DNA of 38,325 nucleotides, taken from contig JAYVMZ010000337.1 of the NCBI GenBank assembly GCA_043758735.1, positions 1 to 38,325 of the forward strand, given 5' to 3'. The first letter of the stretch is position 1; every line of letters starts with the position of its first letter. The position numbers and the translations under genes are program-made. Of this stretch, positions 17,962 to 27,946 are shown in pieces. Under the pieces are notes generated by a model, which was not told the DNA's origin, did not search any database, and was given only the letters and a program-made list of their open reading frames with translations. The stretch is from Betaproteobacteria bacterium (GTDB lineage Bacteria > Pseudomonadota > Gammaproteobacteria > Burkholderiales > JACQAP01).

Positions 17962-18609
17962 TTGAATAGCGCAAATTTTACGCGAGTTTTGATCAGCCTT
18001 TGGGCACTGGGCGCGCCGGCGTGGGCTGCCGACGTGAGCGTCGTGGCTTTGTTTCAAGACAAGGCCATGCTGGTTATCGACAAGGGCAAACCGCGCACCC
18101 TGCGCGTCGGCGAAACCTTTGCGGGCGTCACGCTGGTCAGTTCGAACAGCGCGGAAGCCATCATTTCAATCAATGCCAAGCAGCAGAAATTGCACATCGG
18201 CGAGGGCGTCTATAGCGCGCTTTCCGTCCAGAGCGACCACGCCACGGCGATCCTGGCCGCGGACCGGAACGGGCATTTTGTGTCCTCGGGCAGCATCAAC
18301 GGTTCGTCCGTGCAATTCCTCGTCGATACCGGCGCAACCTTGGTGGCGATGAGCGTGGCCGAGGCACGGCGTGCCGGTGTCAACTACCTCGCCGGCGAAC
18401 GCGGTTACTCGCAAACCGCCAATGGCGTAGCGCCGGTCTACAAAGTGAAGCTGGGGCAGGTTACGCTGGGCGACATTACGTTGCGGGACGTCGACGGCAT
18501 GGTACATGAAGGCGGCGCGCTTCCGGTGGTCCTGCTGGGCATGAGCTTCCTCGGCAAACTGGAAATGCGCCGGGAAGGCAACACCCTGACCCTGATCAAG
18601 CGTTATTGA
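17962..18609 (+). CDS. retropepsin-like (clan AA) aspartic protease, TIGR02281-type, secreted or membrane-anchored
   Basis: FLVDTGATLVAMS catalytic DTG motif and LLGMSFL flap-like motif. An N-terminal hydrophobic segment ends AWA. Start uncertain: TTG 17962 gives a clean signal peptide, while ATG 17914 would overlap the divergent gene. Confidence 0.75.
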   Translation: MNSANFTRVLISLWALGAPAWAADVSVVALFQDKAMLVIDKGKPRTLRVGETFAGVTLVSSNSAEAIISINAKQQKLHIGEGVYSALSVQSDHATAILAADRNGHFVSSGSINGSSVQFLVDTGATLVAMSVAEARRAGVNYLAGERGYSQTANGVAPVYKVKLGQVTLGDITLRDVDGMVHEGGALPVVLLGMSFLGKLEMRREGNTLTLIKRY

Positions 18610-18650
18610 GGACCAGGGCTGGAATTTCAACAATAAAAAGGGAGTGAAGC

Positions 18651-18977
18651 ATGATCTACGAACTGCGCATCTATCACGCATTCCCCGGCAAACTGCCCGC
18701 GCTCAATGCGAGATTCTCGAATCACACCTTGAAATTGTGGGAGCGTTTCGGCATCCGCCAGGTCGGCTTCTGGACAACCGCAATTGGCGAAAGCAACAAC
18801 GATCTTTACTACATCCTGGAGTGGGAAAATCTCGCTGAACGGGAACAGAAGTGGAACGCTTTCGCGACGCACCCCGACTGGCTGGCGACACGCGCAGAGA
18901 CCGAAAAGGACGGTCCGCTGACAACGCACATCACCAATCTGATTCTGACGCCGACCGCGTACTCGAAAATGCGATAG
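18651..18977 (+). CDS. NIPSNAP family protein
   Basis: MIYELRIYHAFPGKLPALNARF...FWTTAIGESNNDLYYILEWENLAEREQKW, the typical NIPSNAP/dimeric alpha-beta-barrel pattern. AAGGGAG is the RBS. Confidence 0.75.
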   Translation: MIYELRIYHAFPGKLPALNARFSNHTLKLWERFGIRQVGFWTTAIGESNNDLYYILEWENLAEREQKWNAFATHPDWLATRAETEKDGPLTTHITNLILTPTAYSKMR

Positions 18978-19182
18978 ATTGGTCGAAGAGCCCAATGTTT
19001 CCAGCGCCAGCCCGCTACGGGATCGGCGCATCCGGTCGCATTTTCGTTTCGTCCTCAGCCCCTATCGGCAACCGACGAGGATTTCTTAAGCCGCCGATCG
19101 ATCGATGGGCTATGCCGAGAACGCCGGATTACGTAGAATCGCCTGTTCCTAATGTACAAATCGCCCAAGCAAGCCATCGATC

Positions 19183-20286
19183 ATGGATGAGAAACTGGTT
19201 TACAACGTAAATGTCGCGGCGCAGGACGTCCTGCTCAATCCGGACGAAATCAAGCGGCGCGTTCCCCTGACGGACAAGGCCGAACAGACCGTCCTCGAAG
19301 GCCGGCACGCGCTCGATCGCATTCTCGATCGCCGCGACCATCGCCTGATGGTGGTGATGGGTCCGTGCTCGATCCACGATCCGGCGGCGGCGATGGACTA
19401 TGCGCAACGCCTGAAGAAAGTCGCGGATGAAGTCGCCGATACGCTGTTCATCGTGATGCGGGTTTATTTCGAAAAGCCGCGCACCACCACCGGCTGGAAA
19501 GGCCTGATCAACGATCCGCACATGGACGACTCATTCGACATCGAAGAAGGCCTGCAGCTCGCGCGCAAAGTGCTGCGCGACATCAACGAACTGGGGTTGC
19601 CGGCCGGCACCGAGGCGCTCGATCCGATCAGCCCGCAATACCTCGGTGACCTGGTCACCTGGAGCGCGATCGGCGCACGCACCACGGAATCGCAGACGCA
19701 TCGTGAAATGGCCAGCGGCCTGTCGACGCCCGTCGGCTTCAAGAACGGCACGGATGGCGGCCTGCAAGTGGCAATCAATGCACTGCTGTCGGTGTCGCGG
19801 CCGCACAGTTTCCTCGGCATCAACCAGCGCGGCCAGGTTTCAGTCATCCGCACCAACGGAAACCGTTACGGCCACCTCGTGCTGCGCGGGGGCTCGAAGG
19901 GTCCGAACTACGACTCCGTAACGATGGCTGTGGTGGAAAAAGAACTGGCGAAGAATAAACTGCCGGCCAACATTATGGTGGATTGCAGCCATGCAAATTC
20001 CAACAAGGACCACAACCTGCAGCCGCTGGTCATGCTCGACTGCGCGCACCAGATCATGGAAGGCAACCAGTCGATCGTCGGCGTGATGCTGGAAAGCAAT
20101 ATCAATGCAGGCAATCAGTCGATCCCCGCGGACCTGAAGCAGCTCAAGTACGGTGTATCGGTAACGGATGCCTGCATCGACTGGCCGACCACGGAAAAGC
20201 TGCTGCGCGACACGCGAGCCAAGCTAAAGGACGTATTGCCAAAGCGGATTCCGCGCACGGCGGAAATTCACAAGATCGCGGGCTGA
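19183..20286 (+). CDS. aroG: 3-deoxy-7-phosphoheptulonate (DAHP) synthase, class I
   Basis: MGPCSIHD, RVYFEKPRTTTGWKGLINDP, WSAIGARTTESQTHREMASG and GFKNGTDG motifs. The isozyme (G/F/H) cannot be told from sequence alone. Confidence 0.92.
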   Translation: MDEKLVYNVNVAAQDVLLNPDEIKRRVPLTDKAEQTVLEGRHALDRILDRRDHRLMVVMGPCSIHDPAAAMDYAQRLKKVADEVADTLFIVMRVYFEKPRTTTGWKGLINDPHMDDSFDIEEGLQLARKVLRDINELGLPAGTEALDPISPQYLGDLVTWSAIGARTTESQTHREMASGLSTPVGFKNGTDGGLQVAINALLSVSRPHSFLGINQRGQVSVIRTNGNRYGHLVLRGGSKGPNYDSVTMAVVEKELAKNKLPANIMVDCSHANSNKDHNLQPLVMLDCAHQIMEGNQSIVGVMLESNINAGNQSIPADLKQLKYGVSVTDACIDWPTTEKLLRDTRAKLKDVLPKRIPRTAEIHKIAG

Positions 20287-20310
20287 TCCGCTCGCCTGAC
20301 TGCATGGACA

Positions 20311-20345
20311 AAACGGGCGGCCGCATGGCCGCCCGTTTCATTTTT
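20311..20345. terminator. bidirectional Rho-independent terminator between aroG and the aldehyde dehydrogenase gene
   Basis: AAACGGGCGGCC-GCAT-GGCCGCCCGTTT followed by CATTTTT. An A-run precedes the stem and serves the minus strand. Confidence 0.8.
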
Positions 20346-20364
20346 CGCTCGAAATCCTGCCTGT

Positions 20365-21843
20365 CTATCTCATTACGAAAGGATTCCCGGTCTTGACACC
20401 GGTATTGATCCAGACGCTTTTCATCTGCAGGTATTCGTAGATGGCGCTCTGGCCGTTCTCCCGGCCCACGCCGCTGTCCTTGTAGCCTCCGAACGGCGAC
20501 ATGAAGCTCACGGCGCGATAGGTGTTGACCCATACCGTGCCGGCTTTGATGCGTTCCGACATGCGGATCGCGCGACCCACATCGCGGGTCCAGACCCCCG
20601 CGCCGAGGCCGAAGCGCACGTCGTTGGCGATGCGCACCGCATCTTCCTCGTCCTTGAACGGGATAATGGAAAGTACCGGGCCGAACACCTCTTCCTGGGC
20701 GATGCGCATCTTGTTGTCCACGCCGGTGAAAATCGTCGGCTCGACGAACCATCCCTTTCCGCATTCCGGACGCGTCGCCGGACCACCGCCCATGCGCAAT
20801 GTCGCGCCTTCGTTCTTGGCAACGTCGATGTAAGACAGAATCTTCTGGTATTGCGGCTGTGTGGTCACCGGTCCGACCTGGGTTTCCAGGCTCATCGGGT
20901 CGCCCATTTTCGCCGTCTTCGCCAGTGTCAGCAGCTTCTCGACGAAATCATCGTGGATGGATTCCTGCAACAGCAGTCGCGAGCCCGCGATGCAGGTCTG
21001 GCCAGTCGCCGCGAAAATGCCGGACACGGCGCCGTTGACCGCGTCCTCGATGACGGCGTCTTCGAACACGATGTTGGGCGATTTGCCGCCGAGTTCCAGT
21101 CCGACTTTCTTGAAGCCGCGCGCCGCTGTTTCGGCGATGAGCCTGCCGGTGGCATCCGATCCGGTGAAAGTAATCTTAGCTGTGAGCGGATGCTCGACCA
21201 GCGGCATGCCCGCCTCCTTGCCATAACCGGTGACGACATTGACGACGCCGGCGGGAAAGCCGGCCTGCTCCACCAGCTTGACGAACTCCAGCGCGGAAGC
21301 CGAAGTGAACTCGGAAGGCTTGATGACTACGGTATTGCCCGCGGCCAACGCGGGTGCCAGCTTCCAGGCGGTCAGCATCAGCGGTGAATTCCACGGCGTG
21401 ATTGCCACCACCACGCCGAGCGGCTCGTAGCGCGTGAAGTTGAAGTAGCCTTTCTTGTCGAGCGGAATGACCGCGCCCTGGACCTTGTCCGCCAGCCCGC
21501 CGAAGTAGTAGTACCACTGCGGAACATAGTTGAGCTGCCCCGCCATCTCGGCAAGCAGCTTGCCGTTGTCGCGCACCTCGGTTTCGGCAAGATGCTGCGC
21601 GTTCTGCGCAACCAAATCGCCAAGTTTGCGCAACAGCGCGCCGCGCTGCGTCGCGGTCATCTGCGGCCATGGGCCGTCGGTAAACGCCGCATGCGCCGTG
21701 CGCACCGCGTGATCCGCATCGGCCGCATTGCCGCGGGGAATCAGCGCCCAGGGTTCACCAGTAAACGGGTTGAAGCTTTCGAACCATGCTCCCGACGATG
21801 GGGCGACCCATTCGCCGCCGATGTACATCTGGTATTTCTGCAT
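20365..21843 (-). CDS. NAD(P)+-dependent aldehyde dehydrogenase
   Basis: ELGGKSPNIVF and the catalytic-Cys block FAATGQTCIAGSR, plus the EEVFGPVL motif. ATG at 21843 is preceded by AGGAGG. Confidence 0.9.
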   Translation of the reverse strand: MQKYQMYIGGEWVAPSSGAWFESFNPFTGEPWALIPRGNAADADHAVRTAHAAFTDGPWPQMTATQRGALLRKLGDLVAQNAQHLAETEVRDNGKLLAEMAGQLNYVPQWYYYFGGLADKVQGAVIPLDKKGYFNFTRYEPLGVVVAITPWNSPLMLTAWKLAPALAAGNTVVIKPSEFTSASALEFVKLVEQAGFPAGVVNVVTGYGKEAGMPLVEHPLTAKITFTGSDATGRLIAETAARGFKKVGLELGGKSPNIVFEDAVIEDAVNGAVSGIFAATGQTCIAGSRLLLQESIHDDFVEKLLTLAKTAKMGDPMSLETQVGPVTTQPQYQKILSYIDVAKNEGATLRMGGGPATRPECGKGWFVEPTIFTGVDNKMRIAQEEVFGPVLSIIPFKDEEDAVRIANDVRFGLGAGVWTRDVGRAIRMSERIKAGTVWVNTYRAVSFMSPFGGYKDSGVGRENGQSAIYEYLQMKSVWINTGVKTGNPFVMR

Positions 21844-21922
21844 CCTTGCCTCCTGTGTTGTTTTCTTATCGATATGTGGAATTGAGCGACTGACTGGCCG
21901 TACCGCGGCCATACGCGGAAGT

Positions 21923-22306
21923 TTATTCGATGCGCCGGATCCCGACATTCTTGAAGCCGATCAGCGAATTCACGATGAAACTGAATACAGCGACGAACAG
22001 GGCCACGAGGAAACCGGACCAGAATCCCGCCACCATGAATCCGGGAACCAGCCATGCGACCAGCAACAGCATCAGCGCATTGATCACCAGTACGAACAGG
22101 CCCAGGGTCACGATCGAAAGCGGCAGCGTCAGGATGACCAGTACCGGCTTCAGAAAGGTGTTCACCATCCCGAGCATCAGGCCGGCAATGAACAGCGATT
22201 GCGGCTTCGCGAACGAGATGCCGTCGAACAGCGCATCGGCCACCCACAGCGATAGCGTATTGACGCCCCAGAACACCAGGAAACGCACGATCGGATGCAT
22301 GGTCAT
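21923..22306 (-). CDS. DUF360 / phage-holin-4-like (YvlD-type) small membrane protein
   Basis: 127 aa with 4 predicted TM segments. The LKPVLVILTLPLSIVTLGLFVLVINALMLLLVAWLVPGF block is typical of PF04020. Confidence 0.75.
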   Translation of the reverse strand: MTMHPIVRFLVFWGVNTLSLWVADALFDGISFAKPQSLFIAGLMLGMVNTFLKPVLVILTLPLSIVTLGLFVLVINALMLLLVAWLVPGFMVAGFWSGFLVALFVAVFSFIVNSLIGFKNVGIRRIE

Positions 22307-22320
22307 GAAGGAATGATACC

Positions 22321-22535
22321 CCACCTCACCCCGGCTCTCTTCCCCGAGGGCGGAGAGGGCGTGGAAAAAACTTATGTCTATACACACAAGAGTTGGTAAA
22401 TCATACGAATGCGATACTGGAAAATTGATGGTATAAAACCTCCCCTTCAATCTTAGGAGCACTCCAGCTCCCTCTCCGCTCCGGGGACAAGGGAACACTT
22501 GAAGCGCAGCAGAGGGGCGGGGGGGGGTGAGGTGG
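22321..22535. repeat. composite G/C-rich inverted-repeat (REP/MITE-like) element around an AT-rich core
   Basis: Outer arms CCACCTCACCCC (22321-22332) and GGGGTGAGGTGG (22524-22535) are perfect complements. Inner arms 22341-22364 and 22464-22487 match at about 80%. The right arm contains a G9 run (22519-22527). Confidence 0.55.
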
Positions 22536-22542
22536 TGGTGAA

Positions 22543-23439
22543 ATGCAATCCCAAACGCTTCCCCGTTCGATGTGGATGCTGCTGGCCGTGCTCACGCTCG
22601 GCTGGGGGTTCAACTGGCCGATGATGAAAATGACATTGGCCGAGTTGCCGGTGTGGACCTTTCGCGGCCTTTGCGTCAGCACCGGCGCGATCGGCCTGTT
22701 CGCCATCGCGCGCGCAGGCCGCCAGACCATCCGCGTGCCGCGCGGTCAGTGGAGCTGGCTGGTCGTCATCTCGATCTGCAATGTCACGTTGTGGAACGTG
22801 CTCATCGGATACGGCCTGAGAATGCTGCCCGCGGGACGCAGTGCCATCCTCGCTTACAGCATGCCGGTGTGGGCGGTGTTGCTGGCGGTGTTCATCCTCC
22901 GCGAGAAACTGACCGGCAGGCGCATCCTCGGACTGCTGCTCGGCATGGCCGGCATGGCCGTCCTGCTCGGCGGAGAACTCAGCATCATGCGCACGTCGCC
23001 GCTCGGCGCCATGCTGGTACTCGGGGGGGCGATCAGCTGGGCATTTGGCACCGTCCTCATGCGGCGCTATCCCACGACCGTGAGTACCACCGCGCTGACC
23101 GCGTGGCAACTGCTGATCGGCGGCCTGCCGATCGTGATCGGTGCGCTCATATTCGACTGGGGCGACTGGCGGCCGATCGGCACCGCGGCGACCGCCGGGC
23201 TGGTCTATAACATGACCTTCGTCTTCATTTTCTGCTATTGGGCCTGGTTCAAGATCGCCACGACCGCGCCGCCCGGCGTCTCCTCGTTGAGCACGCTGAT
23301 GATCCCGATCGTCGGCGTATTCAGCGGCATCTGGCTGCTCGGGGAATCGCCGCAGTGGCAGGAATACGCGGCGCTGGTGCTGGTGATCGCGTCTCTCGCC
23401 ACCGTATTGATTCCAACCCGCAGCCGCGCACAGGGCTAA
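22543..23439 (+). CDS. EamA-family (DMT superfamily) transporter
   Basis: 10-TM protein with two EamA-like halves (LAVLTLGWGFNWPMMK..., ...LGESPQWQEYAALVLVIASL). Confidence 0.85.
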   Translation: MQSQTLPRSMWMLLAVLTLGWGFNWPMMKMTLAELPVWTFRGLCVSTGAIGLFAIARAGRQTIRVPRGQWSWLVVISICNVTLWNVLIGYGLRMLPAGRSAILAYSMPVWAVLLAVFILREKLTGRRILGLLLGMAGMAVLLGGELSIMRTSPLGAMLVLGGAISWAFGTVLMRRYPTTVSTTALTAWQLLIGGLPIVIGALIFDWGDWRPIGTAATAGLVYNMTFVFIFCYWAWFKIATTAPPGVSSLSTLMIPIVGVFSGIWLLGESPQWQEYAALVLVIASLATVLIPTRSRAQG

Positions 23440-23541
23440 ACTTTCCGGGCGATGCTCGGTTACTTCATCCGGTCACATCGTCCGCCGGACCGACGCCGTA
23501 CTGGAGCAATGGCCTGAAAGTTGCTGCCCTACTTGCAAACC

Positions 23542-24159
23542 ATGCAAACCCGGTTCCTCCTGTCAGTCGTTTTACTCGTTTCGGCGGTTTCTGCCGGAAT
23601 TGCGCACGCCGACATTTACCGCTACGTCGATGCGGATGGCGCCGTGCACTTCACCAATGTCCCGCAGGACAGCCGCTTCAAGGTTTACGTGAAGGAAAAG
23701 CGGAGAGCGGACCCGGTTACGGAGACGCTGGCCGGCGAAATCCGCTATTACGACGAAAAGGAAAGGGCTTGCTACGCCAAACCCATCCAGGATGCGGCGA
23801 AGGCGACGCGCCTGGACGCAGCCCTGATCCATGCGGTGATCTCGGCGGAATCCGGCTACAACCCGTTCGCCCGTTCACCCAAAGGCGCCGCTGGACTCAT
23901 GCAGTTAATGCCTGAAACGGCGAAGCGCTACGGCGTCAAGAATCGCCTCGATCCGGCGCAGAACATAAGCGGTGGCGCACGCTACCTGCGTGATCTGATC
24001 CGTATGTTCAATAACGATGTACAGCTTGCCGTGGCGGCCTACAACGCCGGGGAGCGCGCCGTGGTCAGGGCCGGCAACCGCATCCCGCCCTATCAGGAAA
24101 CCATGACCTATGTCCCGCGGGTCATGTCGTACTACAGGAAATACCGCACTACCTCCTAG
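23542..24159 (+). CDS. lytic transglycosylase (SLT domain) with N-terminal DUF4124
   Basis: Signal peptide, then IYRYVDADGAVHFTNVP (DUF4124). The SLT catalytic block is AVISAESGYNPFARSPKGAAGLMQLMPETA ... AYNAGE. Confidence 0.85.
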   Translation: MQTRFLLSVVLLVSAVSAGIAHADIYRYVDADGAVHFTNVPQDSRFKVYVKEKRRADPVTETLAGEIRYYDEKERACYAKPIQDAAKATRLDAALIHAVISAESGYNPFARSPKGAAGLMQLMPETAKRYGVKNRLDPAQNISGGARYLRDLIRMFNNDVQLAVAAYNAGERAVVRAGNRIPPYQETMTYVPRVMSYYRKYRTTS

Positions 24160-24266
24160 CGGCACAATTCCGGCAATCCCAGGGTGCATTCATCCGTCCC
24201 ATGCGGGCGTGCTTCATGTCGCCTATTATTCGCTTCTTTTCTGCCTGAACCTGCCGGAGTACGACA

Positions 24267-25382
24267 ATGAAAATCGAGAAAATCGAAACCATGGTGCTGC
24301 GCATCCCCTACACCAGCGGCGGCCCGTCGGATACACAGGTCTGGGGCGGCAAGGCCTGGCAGACCGCAGACGTGTTGCTGGTCAAGATCAGCACCGATAC
24401 CGGCATCACCGGGTGGGGCGAAGCCTTCGGCTACAACGTCATCCCCGCCACCAGGGTGGCCATCGACCAGATCCTCGCGCCGATGTGCATCGGCCGCGAT
24501 CCGCTGGCGATCGAAACGCTGACCCAGGAGATCCAGCAGAAGCTGCATATCTTCGGTCGCAGCGGCCCGATCATCTTCGGCCTGTCCGGCATCGACATCG
24601 CACTGTGGGATATCGCCGGCAAAGCCGCAAAACTGCCCGTGCACCAGCTCCTGGGCGGCGGCAAACCGGAAATCACGTGCTACGCCAGCCTGATCCGTTA
24701 CACCGAGCCGAAACTGGTTGCGAAAAATGTCGAACGCGCATTGGGCGAAGGCTTCCGCCACGTCAAACTGCATGAGATCGAAGTTGCCCCCACCCGCGCG
24801 GCGCGCGAGGCCGCGGGCAAGGACGTGGACATCATGCTCGACGTGAACTGCCCATGGACGCAGCGCGAAGCCCTCGACATGGCGGAGAAACTGCGGTCAT
24901 TGAACCTGCGCTGGCTCGAGGAGCCGGTGTGGCCGCCGGAAGACCACACCGCGCTGGCGCATGTGCGTGCGCATGGCGGCATCCCTGTCGCAGCCGGGGA
25001 AAACGCGACCACGGTTACGCAATTCAAGCACCTGTTCGACGCCGGCGCGGTGGATTTCGTGCAGCCCAGCCCGGCCAAGATGGGCGGCATCTCGGAACTG
25101 CGCAAGGTCTTCGTCCTCGCCACGGCTTACAACGTAACGGTCATGCCCCATAGCTTCTACGATGGCCCCGCCTTCCTTGCGGGCGTGCATGTCAACGCCG
25201 CCCTGGGTCACGGCACGATCGGAGGGCTTGGCTCAATGGTGGAATGGCGTTACTTCGACCTCGAGGCGCGGCTCTACGGCAACGAAGCGATCCCCCGCAA
25301 CGGCAAGATTGCCGTGCCGCAAGCGCCCGGCCTGGGTTTCGACCCCGACCCCGAGATCATTCGCCGCTATCAGACAGGCTGA
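24267..25382 (+). CDS. mandelate racemase / muconate-lactonizing enzyme family (enolase superfamily) protein
   Basis: N-terminal capping domain (LVKISTDTGITGWGEA), KLH, MLDVN, EEP and typical barrel metal-ligand spacing. Substrate unknown. Confidence 0.85.
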   Translation: MKIEKIETMVLRIPYTSGGPSDTQVWGGKAWQTADVLLVKISTDTGITGWGEAFGYNVIPATRVAIDQILAPMCIGRDPLAIETLTQEIQQKLHIFGRSGPIIFGLSGIDIALWDIAGKAAKLPVHQLLGGGKPEITCYASLIRYTEPKLVAKNVERALGEGFRHVKLHEIEVAPTRAAREAAGKDVDIMLDVNCPWTQREALDMAEKLRSLNLRWLEEPVWPPEDHTALAHVRAHGGIPVAAGENATTVTQFKHLFDAGAVDFVQPSPAKMGGISELRKVFVLATAYNVTVMPHSFYDGPAFLAGVHVNAALGHGTIGGLGSMVEWRYFDLEARLYGNEAIPRNGKIAVPQAPGLGFDPDPEIIRRYQTG

Positions 25383-25433
25383 TTGCGCCTGGGGTTCTTT
25401 TTCCTCGCACGGCTTACACGTAATATTGCCGCC

Positions 25434-25961
25434 ATGAACCTTGAACGCATAACGGTCGAATTCCACGCCGAGGACGACCGCCTCATGGTGCGGGTGTTCT
25501 TCGACAAAAAAGCCGAAATCCAGTTCTGGCTGACGCGGCGGCTGGTCAAGCGCGTCTGGCCGGTGCTGCTGCAGATGGCGCAGGCCAAGCCGGACATCCA
25601 GATGCAGCCGAATCCCGAGGTGCGCAAGGCGCTTCTGGGCATGCAGCACGAGAAGGCGTTGCAGGAAGTGAAGTTTTCCAAGGCTGCACAGCAGGAGCCG
25701 GAACGCGAACACCCGCTGGGCAATGCGCCGATGCTGGTCAGCAAGGTTCGCGCGCGCCGAAACGAAAAAAGCCAGACGGTGTTGTCGCTGCAACCGCGAC
25801 AGGGTAACGGCGTGGATCTGGCACTGGGCGACACGCTGCTGCACGGACTGATGAAACTTGTGCAGGATACGGCCGTCAAGGCGGAATGGGACCTTTCGCT
25901 GGCAGTGCCGACATTTGCACACGCACCTTCCGAAGAAGACGCCGGCCGAACGGTCAACTGA
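25434..25961 (+). CDS. hypothetical cytoplasmic protein (no family recognised), internally duplicated
   Basis: 175 aa starting MNLERITVEF, no signal peptide. Codon usage is consistent with neighbours. It ends 37 nt (or 7 nt with the alternative TTG start at 25969) before the following lipoprotein gene. Confidence 0.55.
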   Translation: MNLERITVEFHAEDDRLMVRVFFDKKAEIQFWLTRRLVKRVWPVLLQMAQAKPDIQMQPNPEVRKALLGMQHEKALQEVKFSKAAQQEPEREHPLGNAPMLVSKVRARRNEKSQTVLSLQPRQGNGVDLALGDTLLHGLMKLVQDTAVKAEWDLSLAVPTFAHAPSEEDAGRTVN

Positions 25962-25998
25962 GACGCAGTTGCAGCGTTGTTGCGAGCAGGACTCCGTC

Positions 25999-27438
25999 TT
26001 GAACGCCCCCCCTTCCCCCATTTTTCCCGCCGGTGTCGCTGCAATTGCCCTGTCGCTGGCGATGCTGTCGGGATGCGCCACGTTCCGCAGCTACGATTCC
26101 GAGCTGACGAGTACGATCAACCTCGCCGCCAGCGGCAATGTCGAGGGCGCCATCAAGCGGCTGAACGGCAACAACAGGCTGGGCAGCAAGGATTTGCTTT
26201 ACTACCTCGAGTTCGGCGAGCTGCAACGCCTGAAAACCAACTACGGCGAAAGCGAAAAAGCCTGGCTCGCTGCCGACGTACATGTGCAATCCTGGGAAAA
26301 GGCAGCCGCCTACAACCCGGAAAAGCTTCTGGGCAGAGTCGGTTCCGTGCTGTTCAACGACAAGTCATTGCCGTACGAAGGCCACGACTACGAGAAAGTC
26401 ATGCTCACCACGCGCCTCGCGCTTGACCGCCTCGCATACGGCGATTTCGACACTGCGCGCGTGGACATCAAGCGCACGCACGAGCGCGCGGCGGTCATCG
26501 ACGAGTTGCGCAAGAAGGAACTGCAGAAGACGCAGGACGAAGCGAAGAAGCGCGGCATGAAAACGAGCTTCCGGGAGCTGAACGGCTATCCGGTGCAGGC
26601 GATCGACAACGCCGAGGTCAATACGCTCAGGAACAGTTACGAGAGTGCCTTCAGCCATTATCTGGCCGGATTCGTCTATGAGGCACAGGGCGAGCCAAGC
26701 CTTGCCGCAGCGGGCTATCGCCGGGCGATCGAATTGCAGCCCGGCCACGCGCTGCTGGACGACGCCCTCGCGGGACTCGACGCGCGTGTGGCGACCCGGG
26801 ATGACGGCTACACCGACGTGCTGTTCGTCATCGAGTCGGGCACGGCGCCGGCGCGAAAATCGCGCCAGTTCAGCTTTCCATTTCCCTATCGCAACCGCCT
26901 GCTCATCATCCCGGTGTCGTTTCCGGTCATCACGCCGGGGCAGCCGTCGTTCATGCCGGCACAATTGCAGATCCAGGACGGGCCGGCCGTCAATACGGTC
27001 GTCATCACCAGCATCGACCTGATGGCGCGCAAGGCCCTGCAGGAGGAAATGCCCGGCATCATGTTGCGCGGTATCATTCGTTCCAGCGGCAAGGCGATTG
27101 CGCAGTACGAAGCGGGCAAGAACGACCAGTCGGGCCTTGTCAGCCTGGCGCTGGCGATCGGCTCGATCGTTACCGAATCCGCGGACGAACGAGGCTGGCG
27201 CTCCCTGCCGGCACAGATTGCGATCGCCCGTGCGCGCATTCCCTCCGGTCCGCACACCTTGGGATTCGGCGCCAGTCCGGGTGGACGCGACATCGGCTTC
27301 ACCGTATCAGGGCGTTACGCCGTCGTCGGATTGCGACTGCTGGGTGGCGCGACGTACGCAATGACTCCGCGAAATCCCGTGCCTGCGCAGGCACATGCGG
27401 TTGAGGTACCGGACGCAGCGTCAACGCCTGCAAAGTAA
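25999..27438 (+). CDS. COG3014-like TPR-containing outer-membrane lipoprotein
   Basis: Lipobox LAMLSG-C followed by A. TPR-like helical N-domain (YYLEFGELQRL, AFSHYLAGFVYEAQGEPSLAAAGYRRAIEL), then a beta-rich C-domain. Start uncertain: TTG 25999 with GCAGGA upstream, or TTG 25969. Confidence 0.7.
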   Translation: MNAPPSPIFPAGVAAIALSLAMLSGCATFRSYDSELTSTINLAASGNVEGAIKRLNGNNRLGSKDLLYYLEFGELQRLKTNYGESEKAWLAADVHVQSWEKAAAYNPEKLLGRVGSVLFNDKSLPYEGHDYEKVMLTTRLALDRLAYGDFDTARVDIKRTHERAAVIDELRKKELQKTQDEAKKRGMKTSFRELNGYPVQAIDNAEVNTLRNSYESAFSHYLAGFVYEAQGEPSLAAAGYRRAIELQPGHALLDDALAGLDARVATRDDGYTDVLFVIESGTAPARKSRQFSFPFPYRNRLLIIPVSFPVITPGQPSFMPAQLQIQDGPAVNTVVITSIDLMARKALQEEMPGIMLRGIIRSSGKAIAQYEAGKNDQSGLVSLALAIGSIVTESADERGWRSLPAQIAIARARIPSGPHTLGFGASPGGRDIGFTVSGRYAVVGLRLLGGATYAMTPRNPVPAQAHAVEVPDAASTPAK

Positions 27439-27476
27439 GAAACGTTTAGCGTCAGTTGCAAACTGAGGAGCACATC

Positions 27477-27914
27477 ATGAAACTGAATATCCTTGCCACC
27501 GGGCTGATCGCATCCATCGGCCTCGCGGGTTGCGCCAGCCAGACTAAATATGAAGACCCCGGCTATGCTTATGGCTGCCCGGTCGGCGCCGAAAAGATCA
27601 ATTCCAAGTCCAGCCTGATCAAGGCGAAAGTCGAGATGGCCGGCTCGGTTCCGCATATCGACGTAGTCGACCTGCGCTGCGCGCAGCGCTCTGAGCAGTT
27701 GCGCATCGACGTGGATTTGAAGAACACCGACAATGACGTGCGCCGCATCGCCTACAAATTCCGCTGGATCGACAAGGACGGCATGCGCGCCTGGGACGAT
27801 GAAACCTGGAAACCCGTGCTGATCTACGGCAATACGATTTACACCCTGACGACACAGGCGCCTTCGCAGGACGCGACCGACTTCCGTGTCGTCGTCATGG
27901 ACCAGGACAAATAA
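27477..27914 (+). CDS. YcfL-like (DUF1425) lipoprotein
   Basis: MKLNILATGLIASIGLAG-C lipobox, about 125-aa beta-rich mature part (LRIDVDLKNTDNDVRRIAYKFRWIDKDG). GAGGAG is the RBS. Confidence 0.7.
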   Translation: MKLNILATGLIASIGLAGCASQTKYEDPGYAYGCPVGAEKINSKSSLIKAKVEMAGSVPHIDVVDLRCAQRSEQLRIDVDLKNTDNDVRRIAYKFRWIDKDGMRAWDDETWKPVLIYGNTIYTLTTQAPSQDATDFRVVVMDQDK

Positions 27915-27946
27915 CAACGTAACCGGATTTTTCCGAAGGAGTCATC

